Assembly (NCBI RefSeq): GCF_028283785.1
Contig: NZ_JAPWKB010000003.1
Span: 111,211-175,210, forward strand
Source of the DNA: Paraburkholderia sp.
GTDB lineage: Bacteria > Pseudomonadota > Gammaproteobacteria > Burkholderiales > Burkholderiaceae
DNA: 64,000 nt
Direction: 5' to 3'
The translations under genes and the position numbers were made by a program. Of the stretch, positions 9,945 to 20,216 are shown in pieces (position 1 is the first letter of the stretch; every line of letters starts with the position of its first letter). The notes beneath the pieces were generated by a model. That model made no database searches and was not told the DNA's origin. It saw only the letters and a program-made list of their open reading frames with translations.

Positions 9945-10872
9945 AGCTCAGCGGGCTGACATCGAGCTGCGCGGGATCGAGCGGCATCCAGCAATAGTAC
10001 GCACCGTCGAAATCCGGAATGGCGCGCGGCGTCAGCGCCCTGAATTCCGCGTCCGGCTGGAAGGTTTCGTGCGGCCAGAACACCGGCATCGCTTCGCGGC
10101 GATCCATCACGTTGCGCAATTCCGCCGAACCGCCATTCGCGGTGACGGTTTCAGCGTGAAACGCCCAATCGTCGGCGCGCCACGCGACAAAAACGCTGGG
10201 CTTGCCGGCACGGTCGAACATCAGTACCGCATTCTGTTTGGGCCGCCAGTAATATTCGACAATATTCTCCGTTGCGATCAACGTGTCGATCACATTCCGG
10301 GTACGCGGATCGGAATAGGTCACGGCCTTTTCGACCGAGCCGAGACCGTTTTGCGAGCAATGCCAGCCAATCGCTTCTTTCAGAAAATGCGTCAACCGGC
10401 TGGCGGAATCGAGATCGCTTTTTCTCAGATATAAATCGACAATGCCGGCATTAAAAGCCTGCATCGCGATCCGCTCGTCGGCGACACCGGTCAACAGCAC
10501 TTTCGCGCATTGCAGATTGGGAATCGACGACAGGAATTCGACACCGCTCATTTCCGGCATGTCGTAATCGACGACGATTGCCGCGACTTCGGAAAAGCGC
10601 GCATGACGGGCCAGAATGTCCCGTTCGGCAAGGCTCTCGACGCTGCGGGCGGTGCGCTCGCGCACGTGCTCGCGAATGAAGGCAAGCGCATGTTGCGGAC
10701 GCGTGAAAAACAGATCGGCTGACATATCCGGGAAGTAACGCCGCAGTGCGCCAAGATAGCTGTCGCTGTCGTCGACGAAAACGACGGCTGCCGGATAGTA
10801 AACAGGGGGCCGCATAAAGTTGTTCATATTTTCATGTGCTGTGTCTTGCGCGACAGTCTCCATCCAACTCAA
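9901..10872 (-). CDS. atypical response regulator: receiver domain with N-terminal extension plus ~190-aa uncharacterised C-terminal domain
   Basis: Acidic pocket VVFVDDSD, phospho-acceptor context AAIVVDYDMPEMSG, and KVLLTG...A. No recognisable DNA-binding or enzymatic output motif in the C-terminal half. Lies directly upstream of the kinase. Confidence 0.7.
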   Translation of the reverse strand: MSWMETVAQDTAHENMNNFMRPPVYYPAAVVFVDDSDSYLGALRRYFPDMSADLFFTRPQHALAFIREHVRERTARSVESLAERDILARHARFSEVAAIVVDYDMPEMSGVEFLSSIPNLQCAKVLLTGVADERIAMQAFNAGIVDLYLRKSDLDSASRLTHFLKEAIGWHCSQNGLGSVEKAVTYSDPRTRNVIDTLIATENIVEYYWRPKQNAVLMFDRAGKPSVFVAWRADDWAFHAETVTANGGSAELRNVMDRREAMPVFWPHETFQPDAEFRALTPRAIPDFDGAYYCWMPLDPAQLDVSPLSFADWRKDQKPRASA

Positions 10873-11203
10873 GCGAGCGTCTGCTGTTTTTGAATTGCCC
10901 TGTAATATTTTGTATTGCCGCTTTCAAAGAGACGGTGAATGTCTATTAGCGATCTATATACGGGACGGCCCTGACCCGCTTACATAGCTGCTTACATTCC
11001 CACTCTCTTTCTACTGCCCGCGAACGCCACAACCGTAACGATTCCCGATGATTCGTATAGTACCGGGACTTTGCATTTTCAGGACACACTTCAATGGCAT
11101 TTTTGCAGCCCGTGCGAAATGAATCAGATCATCTGAATCCGAAAGCGGCAAATAATGCCGACGCGATCCGGCGCGCAACTTAATCCCAAACCTGATTCAC
11201 GAT

Positions 11204-12100
11204 TCACGCCGCGCGCCGCTCTGGCGACAGCAGGTCCTGAAGCATATCCATAAACGCCCGCACCTTCGCGCCCAGCAATCGGCGCGAGCGATAAAGCGCC
11301 CATATTTCGACCGGCGGCCCGCCGTCCACGCCCCATTGCACGAGCCGCCCCGCCGCCACGTCGCGCTCGACCAGCAGCTTCGGCAACAGCGCCGCGCCGA
11401 CGCCCGCGACCGCCGCGTCGCGCACCATCAGCAACGACGACAAACGCAACACCGGCGTCGGCGCGAGCGAGCGGGTCTCGCCCGCCGTCGTGCGCACGGT
11501 CCAATACGGCTCGGACGCGGCCGCAGCGGGCGACATCACGCTCGGCACCGGCAGGTGCGCCGGGTCCGACGCGCGGGCGGCCGGAATCGACATCGTCGGC
11601 GCCGCGACCACCCAGCGCTCGTCGCTGAGAATGCGTCGTCCGATCAGCCGTTCGTCTTCCGACGGATTGATCCGGATCACCATGTCGTAGCCGTCCTCGG
11701 CGGGATCGACGATGCGATCTTCCGCGACCACTTCGACCTCGACCTGCGGATACGCCAGTGCAAAGCGCGCGGCAATGCCGCCCAGCACCACATGCGAAAA
11801 CACCACCGGCGCGCTGATCCGCAAGCGTCCGCGCGGCACCGGCGCACCCGACGCCAGCGCCGCGCCCGCCTCCTGAATCTCGGCCATCAGGCCGCGCGTG
11901 CGTTCGTGCAGCTCCAAGCCCTCCCCGGTGAGACGCAAACGCCGCGAGCCGCGCTCGATCAGCCGCACGCCCAACGCGTCCTCCAGATCCGCGACCCGTC
12001 GCGAGAGGGTTGCCTTGGGCCGGTCGAGCGCGCGGGCGGCCGGTCCGAAGCCGCCGTATTGCGCAACCGCATTGAAATCGGCCAGCGAGGTCAAATCCAT
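11204..12100 (-). CDS. LysR family transcriptional regulator
   Basis: 298 aa. N-terminal LysR HTH (FNAVAQYGGFGPAARALDRPKATLSRRVADLE). Divergent from the NmrA-like gene. Confidence 0.9.
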   Translation of the reverse strand: MDLTSLADFNAVAQYGGFGPAARALDRPKATLSRRVADLEDALGVRLIERGSRRLRLTGEGLELHERTRGLMAEIQEAGAALASGAPVPRGRLRISAPVVFSHVVLGGIAARFALAYPQVEVEVVAEDRIVDPAEDGYDMVIRINPSEDERLIGRRILSDERWVVAAPTMSIPAARASDPAHLPVPSVMSPAAAASEPYWTVRTTAGETRSLAPTPVLRLSSLLMVRDAAVAGVGAALLPKLLVERDVAAGRLVQWGVDGGPPVEIWALYRSRRLLGAKVRAFMDMLQDLLSPERRAA

Positions 12101-12216
12101 GATCGTTCCGTTGATGAGACGAGATGTCTCGATTCTGGCACTTTCAATGCTTTGGTGGAACGAATAATCTGTTTCTCACGGGCTGACCGCAGTCCACATC
12201 AATCAAGGAGAGGATC

Positions 12217-13095
12217 ATGGCCATTCTGGTCACGGGTAGCACGGGCGTCGTCGGCAAGCAGGTTCTCGATCATTTGCGCGATAGCGGCGCGGAAATCCGG
12301 GCGCTGACGCGCTCGCCGGAAAAAGCGCAGTTCGATGCGGGCATCACCGCCGTCAAAGGCGAACTCGCCGACATCGACGCGATGCGCGCCGCGATGAAAG
12401 GCGTCAGCACGCTGTTCCTGCTCGCGCCGAACGCCGCCGACGAACTGACGCAGGCGCTGCAGGCGATGAGCATCGCGCGGGACGCGGGCGTCAAAGGCAT
12501 CGTCTATCTGTCGGTATTCAAGGGCGCCGAGTATGTGGACGTGCCGCATTTCACCGGCAAATACACGGTCGAACGGATGATCGAGCACGACGATCTGCCC
12601 GCCACCGCGCTGCGTCCCGCGTACTTCATGCAGAACGACGAGCGTCAGAAAGAGCCGCTGACGACGCATGGCGTGTATGGGATGCCGATCGGCAGCAAGG
12701 GGATTTCGATGGTGGATGTGCGCGATATCGGCGATGCGGCCGCGCGTGAGTTGCTGCGTCGCGAGCGGGCAAGCGGAGCGTTGCCGCGCGAAAGCTACGA
12801 CGTGGTCGGGCCGGATGCGATCACAGCCGAAAGTGTCGCGTCGATCTGGGCCGAAGCATTGGGCCGTCCGGTCCGCTATGGCGGCGACGACCTCGATCTG
12901 CTCGAACAGCGGCTGAAGGCCGCCGCACCGCCGTGGCTCGCCTACGATATGCGCCTGATGATGCAACGCTATCAGCAGGAAGGCGCGGTGGCGTCGAGCG
13001 ACGACGTCGCGCGTCTTGCCGGACTGCTGGGCCGCCCGCCGCGCTCGTATCGCGACTTCGCGATGGCCGCTGCGGCCGCGTGGTCGAAAGCATAA
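12217..13095 (+). CDS. NmrA-family NAD(P)-binding oxidoreductase
   Basis: Rossmann motif ILVTGSTGVVG at the N-terminus; 292 aa; SD aaggagagg upstream. Confidence 0.85.
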   Translation: MAILVTGSTGVVGKQVLDHLRDSGAEIRALTRSPEKAQFDAGITAVKGELADIDAMRAAMKGVSTLFLLAPNAADELTQALQAMSIARDAGVKGIVYLSVFKGAEYVDVPHFTGKYTVERMIEHDDLPATALRPAYFMQNDERQKEPLTTHGVYGMPIGSKGISMVDVRDIGDAAARELLRRERASGALPRESYDVVGPDAITAESVASIWAEALGRPVRYGGDDLDLLEQRLKAAAPPWLAYDMRLMMQRYQQEGAVASSDDVARLAGLLGRPPRSYRDFAMAAAAAWSKA

Positions 13096-13355
13096 CGTCC
13101 GAACCGTCCGAACCGTCCGTGCCCGCGTGAGTTCGACGCGGGCCCGTGGCGGCTCTGTTCAGAAACTGGACACTTCCACGCGCGCGCCCCCGTCGCGCTG
13201 TCGGTCCCAGCGGCAGGAAGAAATACCGATAGCACGCGCGCGGCCTCGCTTCTATGCTCGGCAACCTCAGGCCGTGCCACGACGCGCTTCGATCTTCGAC
13301 GTGTCACGGCCTTATTGCGCAGCGCCGTCGCGCAGCCACACCGTCAGGAGAATCC

Positions 13356-14828
13356 ATGAGCGTCACCCCCGCTTCGCGCCTACTCGATACCGACATCTGG
13401 CAAGCCCGCCTGTTTACCGGCGAATGGCGGCCCGGCAGCCACACGTCGGACGTGATGGAACCGGCGACCGGCCAGCGGCTGGGACGCATCGGCATGGCTG
13501 ACGCGGACCTGATCGCGCAATCCGCCGCGAGCGCCAGCGGCGCGCAACCGGCATGGGCCGCGCTGCCGTACGACGAGCGCGCGAGCGTGCTGCGTCGTGC
13601 GGCGCGTCTGGGCGAAACGCACTTCGACGAGATCGTCGAATGGGTGGTCCGCGAAAGCGGCTCGACGCGCGCGAAGGCCGGGTTCGAAACCTCGGTCACG
13701 ATCAAGGCGCTGCATGAAGCGACCGGCCTGCCGTCGCGCTCGGCGGGCGAAGTGCTGCCGTCGGTGCCGGGCCGTCTGTCGCTGGCGCGCCGCCGTCCGC
13801 TCGGCGTGATCGGCGTGATTTCGCCGTTCAACTTCCCGCTCTATCTGGCGATGCGCGCGGTCGCCCCGGCGCTCGCGCTGGGCAACGCGGTCGTGTTGAA
13901 GCCGGACCCGCGCACGTCCGTGTGCGGCGGCTTCGTGATCGCTCGGCTGTTCGAACTGGCCGGTCTGCCGAACGGCGTGCTGCACGTCGTGCCCGGCGAC
14001 GGCGCGGCAGGCGCAGCGCTCACCAGCGATCCGCATATCGCGATGATCCAGTTCACCGGATCGACCGCAGCAGGACGCAAGGTCGGAGAAACGGCCGGGC
14101 GTCATCTGAAGAAGGTGTCGCTGGAACTGGGCGGCAAGAATTCGCTGATCGTGCTCGACGACGCCGACCTCGAACTCGCCGTCGCCAACACCGCATGGGG
14201 CGTCTATCTGCATCAGGGACAAATCTGCATGGCGACCGGCCGCGTGCTGGTGCAGCGGAAAATCTACGACCGCTTCGTCGAGAAACTGGTGGATAAAGCG
14301 GCCAGCCTGACCGTCGGCGATCCGGCCGCAGGCGACGTCGCGCTCGGACCGCTGATCAACGCGGCGCAACGCGATCACGCCGCGCGCGTGGTGGCCGATG
14401 CGCAGCAGGCCGGCGCGACGCTCGAAACGGGCGGCCATTTCCGCGACCTGTTCTTCGAACCGACCGTGCTGAGCGGCGTCACGCCCGACAACCCCGCGTT
14501 CAACGAAGAAATCTTCGGACCGGTTGCAGTGGTCGTGCCGTTCGACAGCGACGAAGACGCGATCGCGCTCGCCAATCGCACCGAATATGGTTTGTCGATG
14601 GCGATCGTCACGTCGAACGTGGGCCGCGCGCTGCGGATGGGCGAACGGCTGCGTACCGGCCTGCTCCACATCAACGATCAAACCGTCAACGACGAAGTGA
14701 TCAACCCGTTCGGCGGCGTCGGCGCGTCGGGCAACGGCACCAGTATCGGCGGCCCGGCGAACTGGGAAGAATTCACCCAATGGCAATGGATGACCGTCAA
14801 GGGCGAAGCCCCGCTCTATCCGCTCTGA
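13356..14828 (+). CDS. NAD-dependent (benz)aldehyde dehydrogenase
   Basis: ORF 13254..14828; ATG 13356 is preceded by aggag. Has the ALDH signatures ELGGKN and GQICMATGR (catalytic Cys). Confidence 0.9.
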   Translation: MSVTPASRLLDTDIWQARLFTGEWRPGSHTSDVMEPATGQRLGRIGMADADLIAQSAASASGAQPAWAALPYDERASVLRRAARLGETHFDEIVEWVVRESGSTRAKAGFETSVTIKALHEATGLPSRSAGEVLPSVPGRLSLARRRPLGVIGVISPFNFPLYLAMRAVAPALALGNAVVLKPDPRTSVCGGFVIARLFELAGLPNGVLHVVPGDGAAGAALTSDPHIAMIQFTGSTAAGRKVGETAGRHLKKVSLELGGKNSLIVLDDADLELAVANTAWGVYLHQGQICMATGRVLVQRKIYDRFVEKLVDKAASLTVGDPAAGDVALGPLINAAQRDHAARVVADAQQAGATLETGGHFRDLFFEPTVLSGVTPDNPAFNEEIFGPVAVVVPFDSDEDAIALANRTEYGLSMAIVTSNVGRALRMGERLRTGLLHINDQTVNDEVINPFGGVGASGNGTSIGGPANWEEFTQWQWMTVKGEAPLYPL

Positions 14829-14844
14829 TCGCGCAAGGACAACC

Positions 14845-15972
14845 ATGAGCACACTCACACCGTTTCGCAAGATAACCGCCGCCGTCGCACGGGCGAAGGG
14901 CGAGCCGTTCTCGATTCAACAGGCACGCATCCGGGCTCCGCAAGACGACGAAGTGCTGGTACGCGTGGTCGCGACCGGCTTGTGTCACACCGATCTGATC
15001 GTGCGCGACCAGTACTATCCGGTGCCGCTGCCGGCCGTGCTCGGCCACGAAGGCGCGGGCATCGTCGAGGAAGTCGGGCCGTCGGTGAAGGGCCTGAAAC
15101 CCGGCGACCACGTGGTGCTGACCTACGGCGCATGCGGCCACTGCCAGCCGTGCAGCGGCGGCCACGGCGCGTACTGCAAGCACTTCTTCGGTCTGAACTT
15201 CGGCGGCGGCGATCTCGAAGGCCGTACCGCGATCGAGGACGAAGAAGGCCGTCCGCTTCACGATCATTTTTTCGCGCAATCGTCGTTCGCGAGCTTTGCG
15301 CTGGCGCGTGAGAACAACGCGATCAAGGTCCCGCACGACGCGCCGCTCGACCTGCTCGGACCGCTCGGCTGCGGAATCCAGACCGGCGCGGGCGCGGTGA
15401 TCAACTCGCTGAAGGTCACGCCGGGCAGCAGCTTCGCCAGCCTCGGCGCGGGCGCGGTCGGCTTGAGCGCGGTGATGGCCGCGCGCGTCGCGGGCGCGAC
15501 CACCATCATCGCCGTCGATGTCGTGCCGTCGCGACTCGCGCTGGCGAAAGAACTCGGCGCAACGCACGTGGTGAACAGCCGCGAAGTGGACATGATCGAG
15601 ACGATCCGCGAGATCACCGGCGGCGGCGTCGATTTCGCGCTCGAATCCACCGGCCGCGCCGAAGTGCTGTCGCAAGGCATCGAAGCGCTCGGCACACGCG
15701 GCGCGATGGGCGTGGTCGGCGCGCCGCCGCTAGGCACGCTGGCGCAGTTCGACATCAACAGCCTGCTGCTGAACGGCCGCACGATTCGCGGCATCGTCGA
15801 AGGCGACAGCGTGCCGCAAACCTTCATTCCGCAACTCGTTCAGCTGTATCAGCAAGGCCGTTTTCCGTTCGACAGGCTGGTGCGGTTCTATCCGCTCGAA
15901 CAGATCAACGAAGCCGCGCAGGACAGCATCAGCGGCGTCACGTTGAAGCCGGTGTTGCGCATTTCGCACTGA
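14845..15972 (+). CDS. zinc-dependent aryl-alcohol (benzyl alcohol-type) dehydrogenase
   Basis: GLCHTDL and GHEGAG zinc-ligand motifs, a structural-zinc Cys cluster ([15 protein letters not shown]) and a GAGAVG Rossmann motif. Lies 16 nt after the ALDH gene. Confidence 0.9.
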   Translation: MSTLTPFRKITAAVARAKGEPFSIQQARIRAPQDDEVLVRVVATGLCHTDLIVRDQYYPVPLPAVLGHEGAGIVEEVGPSVKGLKPGDHVVLTYGACGHCQPCSGGHGAYCKHFFGLNFGGGDLEGRTAIEDEEGRPLHDHFFAQSSFASFALARENNAIKVPHDAPLDLLGPLGCGIQTGAGAVINSLKVTPGSSFASLGAGAVGLSAVMAARVAGATTIIAVDVVPSRLALAKELGATHVVNSREVDMIETIREITGGGVDFALESTGRAEVLSQGIEALGTRGAMGVVGAPPLGTLAQFDINSLLLNGRTIRGIVEGDSVPQTFIPQLVQLYQQGRFPFDRLVRFYPLEQINEAAQDSISGVTLKPVLRISH

Positions 15973-16098
15973 CGCACGCACGCGCATGGTCCGTCAGCCG
16001 GTCTGCCCGGCTGACGGCGCTTCGCGGCATGCGTGAGGTATTCTGTGGACGGAACAGCGCGGCGCCGCGTACGGGCGTCGCGCCGCACAGGAGACAGC

Positions 16099-17298
16099 GT
16101 GGACAAGATCGATTCGACGGCGTCGCGGCAACAGCGTCTGAACGCCGCGCGCGTGCAGTTCAGCGGCGGCGAGCAGTTGCCTGCGGCATTGCTGTCCGCG
16201 CCGGTCGCGCGGTCATGGGAGCGTTCGCGGACTGCCGGTCTGCTGCCGTCGCAAGCGCCGCAATACGAATTGCTCGACACCTCGCGCCACGGTTCTGATT
16301 CGCGAGCGGACCGCCGCCTCTATAGCTGCGTCGTCGATGAAATCGAGCAGTTGTGGGAAGCATTCGGCGGCGCCGACTGGACCATCTTCTGCGTCAATAC
16401 GCAAGGCACGGTGGTCCACGCGCGCCACAGTCCCGCCTGCACCGACGACCTGCTGCTGCCCATCACGTCCGGCCGACGCATCCTCGAATCGCATATCGGC
16501 ACGACCGCGCCGAGTTGCGTGATCCACGACGGCTCGGAAGTCGTGGTCGCGCGCGGCGAGCATTATCTGCAGGAGTTCGAGCGCGCGTTCTGCGTTGCCG
16601 TGCCGCTGTTCGGTTTTCATGGCGAGGTCATCGGCGCGCTGGACATCACCGGCACCGGCGAGCGCGACGCGGCCCAGGTTCAGGAGCAATTCCGGCTCGC
16701 CGCGCTGGCCGCCGAGCAGCGCATGTTCGCGACCTTGCGCGGCTGTCATCTGTTGCGTCTGCAACATGATCCGCGCTGGCTGAACACGCCGCTCGCGGGC
16801 ATTCTCGCAGTCGAAGAAGATGGTTTCGTACGGGCCGCCAGCCGGATGGCGCGACGGATGCTGTCGTTATCGCCGGGCGCGCCGTTGCCCGCGCTGCATC
16901 TGCGACAACTCTTCGACGCGGCCACGCCCGCGCAACTGAACCGGATGCTGCAAACCGGCCGCAATCCGCAACGGGTGCCGCGCACGGACGGCAGTCATCT
17001 GTGGGTGAGTCATGCGCGCGCGCCACAAAGCCGCAGCACCGCGCGGCGTGAAGCAGCGGGTCTCGCGGCAGCCGTTGGCGAAGCCGCTGCATCGCCCATC
17101 GTCAACACGTCCACGGCCAACGCCGTAGCCAACGCCAGCTTGCGGGAGCAGACGCTCAGCGCGATCCAGAACGCGATCCGCGAGCATGAGGGCAATATCG
17201 CGGCGGCCGCGCGGCAACTCGGGCTGTCGCGCACCACGCTCTATGCCAAGCTCAGGCAGCTTCGTCAAACGGGCATGCTCGATCGCGACGGCGCATGA
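16099..17298 (+). CDS. AcoR-like GAF-domain regulator with C-terminal Fis-type HTH but no AAA+ sigma-54 module
   Basis: ORF 16033..17298; GTG 16099 is preceded by aggag. N-terminal VARSWERSRTAGL motif typical of the AcoR/XylR-type sensor region; C-terminal HEGNIAAAARQLGLSRTTLYAKL. No Walker A or GAFTGA seen. Confidence 0.7.
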   Translation: MDKIDSTASRQQRLNAARVQFSGGEQLPAALLSAPVARSWERSRTAGLLPSQAPQYELLDTSRHGSDSRADRRLYSCVVDEIEQLWEAFGGADWTIFCVNTQGTVVHARHSPACTDDLLLPITSGRRILESHIGTTAPSCVIHDGSEVVVARGEHYLQEFERAFCVAVPLFGFHGEVIGALDITGTGERDAAQVQEQFRLAALAAEQRMFATLRGCHLLRLQHDPRWLNTPLAGILAVEEDGFVRAASRMARRMLSLSPGAPLPALHLRQLFDAATPAQLNRMLQTGRNPQRVPRTDGSHLWVSHARAPQSRSTARREAAGLAAAVGEAAASPIVNTSTANAVANASLREQTLSAIQNAIREHEGNIAAAARQLGLSRTTLYAKLRQLRQTGMLDRDGA

Positions 17299-17355
17299 GC
17301 GGCGCGCCGTTCGTGCATTGACGCGGCGCACGCTTCAAGCCGCAAACATCAAGCC

Positions 17356-18891
17356 TCAAGCCAGCCGGAACTGCGCGACCGTCGCGCGCAAACTGGCCGC
17401 CTGATCGTCGAGCGACGCCGCTGCTGCGGCCGCCTGTTCGACCAGCGCGGCATTCTGCTGGGTCACCTGATCCATCTGCGATACCGCCAGATTCACCTGC
17501 GCGATACCCGTGCTTTGCTCGCCGTTCGCCGCCGCGATTTCGCCCATGATGTCGCTGACGCGTCCGATCGCGCGGACGATCTCGCGCATCTGCTCGCCCG
17601 CTTTCGCGACCTGCTGCGTGCCGGCATCCACCTGCATGACCGAGCTTTCGATCAAACCCTTGATGTCCTTCGCCGCCGACGCACTGCGCTGCGCCAGCGT
17701 TCGCACTTCGCCTGCCACCACCGCGAACCCGCGCCCTTCCTCGCCTGCGCGCGCGGCTTCGACGGCAGCATTCAACGCCAGAATATTGGTCTGAAACGCA
17801 ATGCCTTCGATCAGGCCGGTGATCTGCGCAATCTCGCGCGATTGCCCCGCGATCCCTTCGATCGTGCCGATCACCTGCTGGATCACCGCGCCGCCGTTGC
17901 GGCTTGCGTCGAGTGCGTGGACCGCCATCTGGCTCGCCTGACGCGCGTTGTCGGCGTTCTGCTGAACCGCAGTCGACAGTTGCTCCATGCTCGCGGCGGT
18001 TTCCTGTAGCGACGCCGCCTGTTCCTCGGTGCGTTGCGACAGATCGGTATTGCCCTGCGCGATCTCGCCCGAACCGGTCGCAATCGATTCGCTCGACTGC
18101 TGGATGCCGCGCACCAGGTCGCGCAGCTTCAGACGCATCTCGTGCAGCGCGTACATCAGGCTGGTGCGATCCGACGCTTGCAGACGAATCTCCGCGCCCA
18201 GATCGCCCGCGGCGATCTTCGCGGCAAAGGCCGCCGCATCCGACGGCTCGCCGCCGAGCGCACGACGCACGCTGCGCGTCATCAGCCATGCGGTCGCACA
18301 GACTGCCGCGATAATCGCGATGGAAATGGCGATCAACGTGGTGGCGAGTCGCCAGAACGCGGCGTTGATGTCGTCGTAGAAGAAGCCGGTGCCGATCCAC
18401 CAGTTCCATTCGGGCACACCGACCACGCCTTGCAGTTTTTTCTCCAGCGGACCGTTCGGCGAACGCTTGATCAGCACATCGACCAGCGCGACATGCGTCC
18501 GCGCAAGGCCATCGCGATACGCTTCGAGGTCGGTTTGTCCGGGCAACGCGCCCTTGCCGACCATGTTTCTGCCGACCAGATCCGCAACCGGATGAACCAG
18601 CATGAAACCGTCCGGCCGCATCACGAAGAAATAGCTGTTCTTGCTGGCGTTCAGCGCGGTCAGCGCCTGCTTCGCGGCGGCTTGCGCATCGTCGTGGCTC
18701 AGCTTGCCCGCACGCTCCTGCTCGCGATAGAACGCCACCAGATGTTCCGCCTTGCCCAGCAGATTGACGATCTCGGCCTGCCGGTTGTCTTTCAGCGTAT
18801 GACCCAACGAATAGAGCGCGACTGCGACCACGCACGCGAGGCCCAACAGTGCCGCGCCGACGAGGAGGATCAATCGGGTGGAAATCTTCAT
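17356..18891 (-). CDS. methyl-accepting chemotaxis protein with periplasmic Cache-like sensor
   Basis: Two TM segments flank a ~170-aa periplasmic domain, followed by HAMP. Has the invariant signalling hairpin [40 protein letters not shown]. Confidence 0.9.
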   Translation of the reverse strand: MKISTRLILLVGAALLGLACVVAVALYSLGHTLKDNRQAEIVNLLGKAEHLVAFYREQERAGKLSHDDAQAAAKQALTALNASKNSYFFVMRPDGFMLVHPVADLVGRNMVGKGALPGQTDLEAYRDGLARTHVALVDVLIKRSPNGPLEKKLQGVVGVPEWNWWIGTGFFYDDINAAFWRLATTLIAISIAIIAAVCATAWLMTRSVRRALGGEPSDAAAFAAKIAAGDLGAEIRLQASDRTSLMYALHEMRLKLRDLVRGIQQSSESIATGSGEIAQGNTDLSQRTEEQAASLQETAASMEQLSTAVQQNADNARQASQMAVHALDASRNGGAVIQQVIGTIEGIAGQSREIAQITGLIEGIAFQTNILALNAAVEAARAGEEGRGFAVVAGEVRTLAQRSASAAKDIKGLIESSVMQVDAGTQQVAKAGEQMREIVRAIGRVSDIMGEIAAANGEQSTGIAQVNLAVSQMDQVTQQNAALVEQAAAAAASLDDQAASLRATVAQFRLA

Positions 18892-19197
18892 GCTCGTGCC
18901 TTGTCTCGTCGTAATAGTATTGAAAGACCATAACGGCGAACGGCTACAGAACTTTAGGCGCGGGCCGCCGAAAACCGCGCAAACCGGCGAACGAAGCCAT
19001 GCGTCGTGTCGAATCGGGGATCTGTTCTGTTTATCGGTGCGGGCCGCGTGCGCGGCGGCGGGAATGCTGGCTGCGCGCGGCTCCCGCGTGGCGCGGCGAT
19101 ACGTGTGCAGGTCGTTCGAACGTCGAAAGTCGCGCGGAAGCGCCGTCCGCGACAGGGAATGCGATCGATCTGTGAGCCGGCGCTTAAAAATCGCGGC

Positions 19198-20118
19198 TCA
19201 ACGGGCGTGCCGTTCGATCACGCTGGAAGCGGATGCCGATTCGCGCAGCATCGCGATCAACGCGCGCAAACCGGCCGGGACGTTGCGCCGCCCCGGATAG
19301 TAGAGACACAGCCCGTCGAGCGGCGGTGTCCAGTCGTCGAGCACACGCACCAGCGTGCCCGCGTCGAGATCCGCCGCGACGCTCCATTCGGTCAGATACG
19401 TCAGCCCCAGACCGGCGCGCGCGGCCGCCAGCATCAGGCCCGACTCGTCGAGCGTGATCGCGCCTTTGCCGTCGATCCGGATCGTCTCGCCGTGCCGCTC
19501 GAATTCCCAGTGATAGATCGTCCCGCCCGGCATCCGCGTGCGGATGCAGCGATGCGCGGTCAGGTCGGCGGGCGTTTGCGGCGGCGCATGCTGCGCGAAA
19601 TACGCGGGGCTGCCGACCACCGCGAAACGCTGACGCTCACCGAAGGGCACCGCGATCATGTCCTGCGGCACGGTATCGGCGAGACGAATGCCCGCATCGA
19701 AGCCTTCGACGACGATATCGATCAGCCGCCCTTCGGTGACGATGTCGAGCTTCATCTCCGGATAGCGTTGCAGGAACGCGATAAACAGCGGCATCGCCTG
19801 CTTCGCCGCGCCGACCGACGTATTGATGCGCAGCGTGCCCGACGGCGTATCGCGGAAGCTGCCGGCTTGCTCGATCGCGGCGCGAATCGTGGACAGCGCG
19901 GGCGACACGCTCTCGACAAACTGCTCGCCCGCTTCGGACAAGGACACGCTGCGCGTCGTGCGATTGAACAGCCGCACGCCGATCCGCGCTTCGAGCGCAG
20001 CCACCGCGTGACTCAGCGCCGACGTCGATACCCCGAGTTCGACCGACGCCGCGCGGAAACTGCGATGCCTCGCCACCGCCAGCACAGCTTCGAGCTCACT
20101 CAGACCGGACGTTTTCAT
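19198..20118 (-). CDS. LysR family transcriptional regulator
   Basis: 306 aa with LysR HTH (FRAASVELGVSTSALSHAVAALE). Divergent from an aldehyde dehydrogenase gene. Confidence 0.9.
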   Translation of the reverse strand: MKTSGLSELEAVLAVARHRSFRAASVELGVSTSALSHAVAALEARIGVRLFNRTTRSVSLSEAGEQFVESVSPALSTIRAAIEQAGSFRDTPSGTLRINTSVGAAKQAMPLFIAFLQRYPEMKLDIVTEGRLIDIVVEGFDAGIRLADTVPQDMIAVPFGERQRFAVVGSPAYFAQHAPPQTPADLTAHRCIRTRMPGGTIYHWEFERHGETIRIDGKGAITLDESGLMLAAARAGLGLTYLTEWSVAADLDAGTLVRVLDDWTPPLDGLCLYYPGRRNVPAGLRALIAMLRESASASSVIERHAR

Positions 20119-20216
20119 TATCCCAAATCGTTCAATACAACATGCCGGATTGTACGGCTAGTCAACGCAATCGGTGCGGCCTATCGTGTTCTTCAAACCC
20201 GATCCGGAGCCACGCA

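Noticed and set aside
13095-13125. Short repeat CGTCCGAAC x2.5 after the NmrA-like gene
   Set aside because: It is too short and imperfect to count as more than chance or a minor slippage product.
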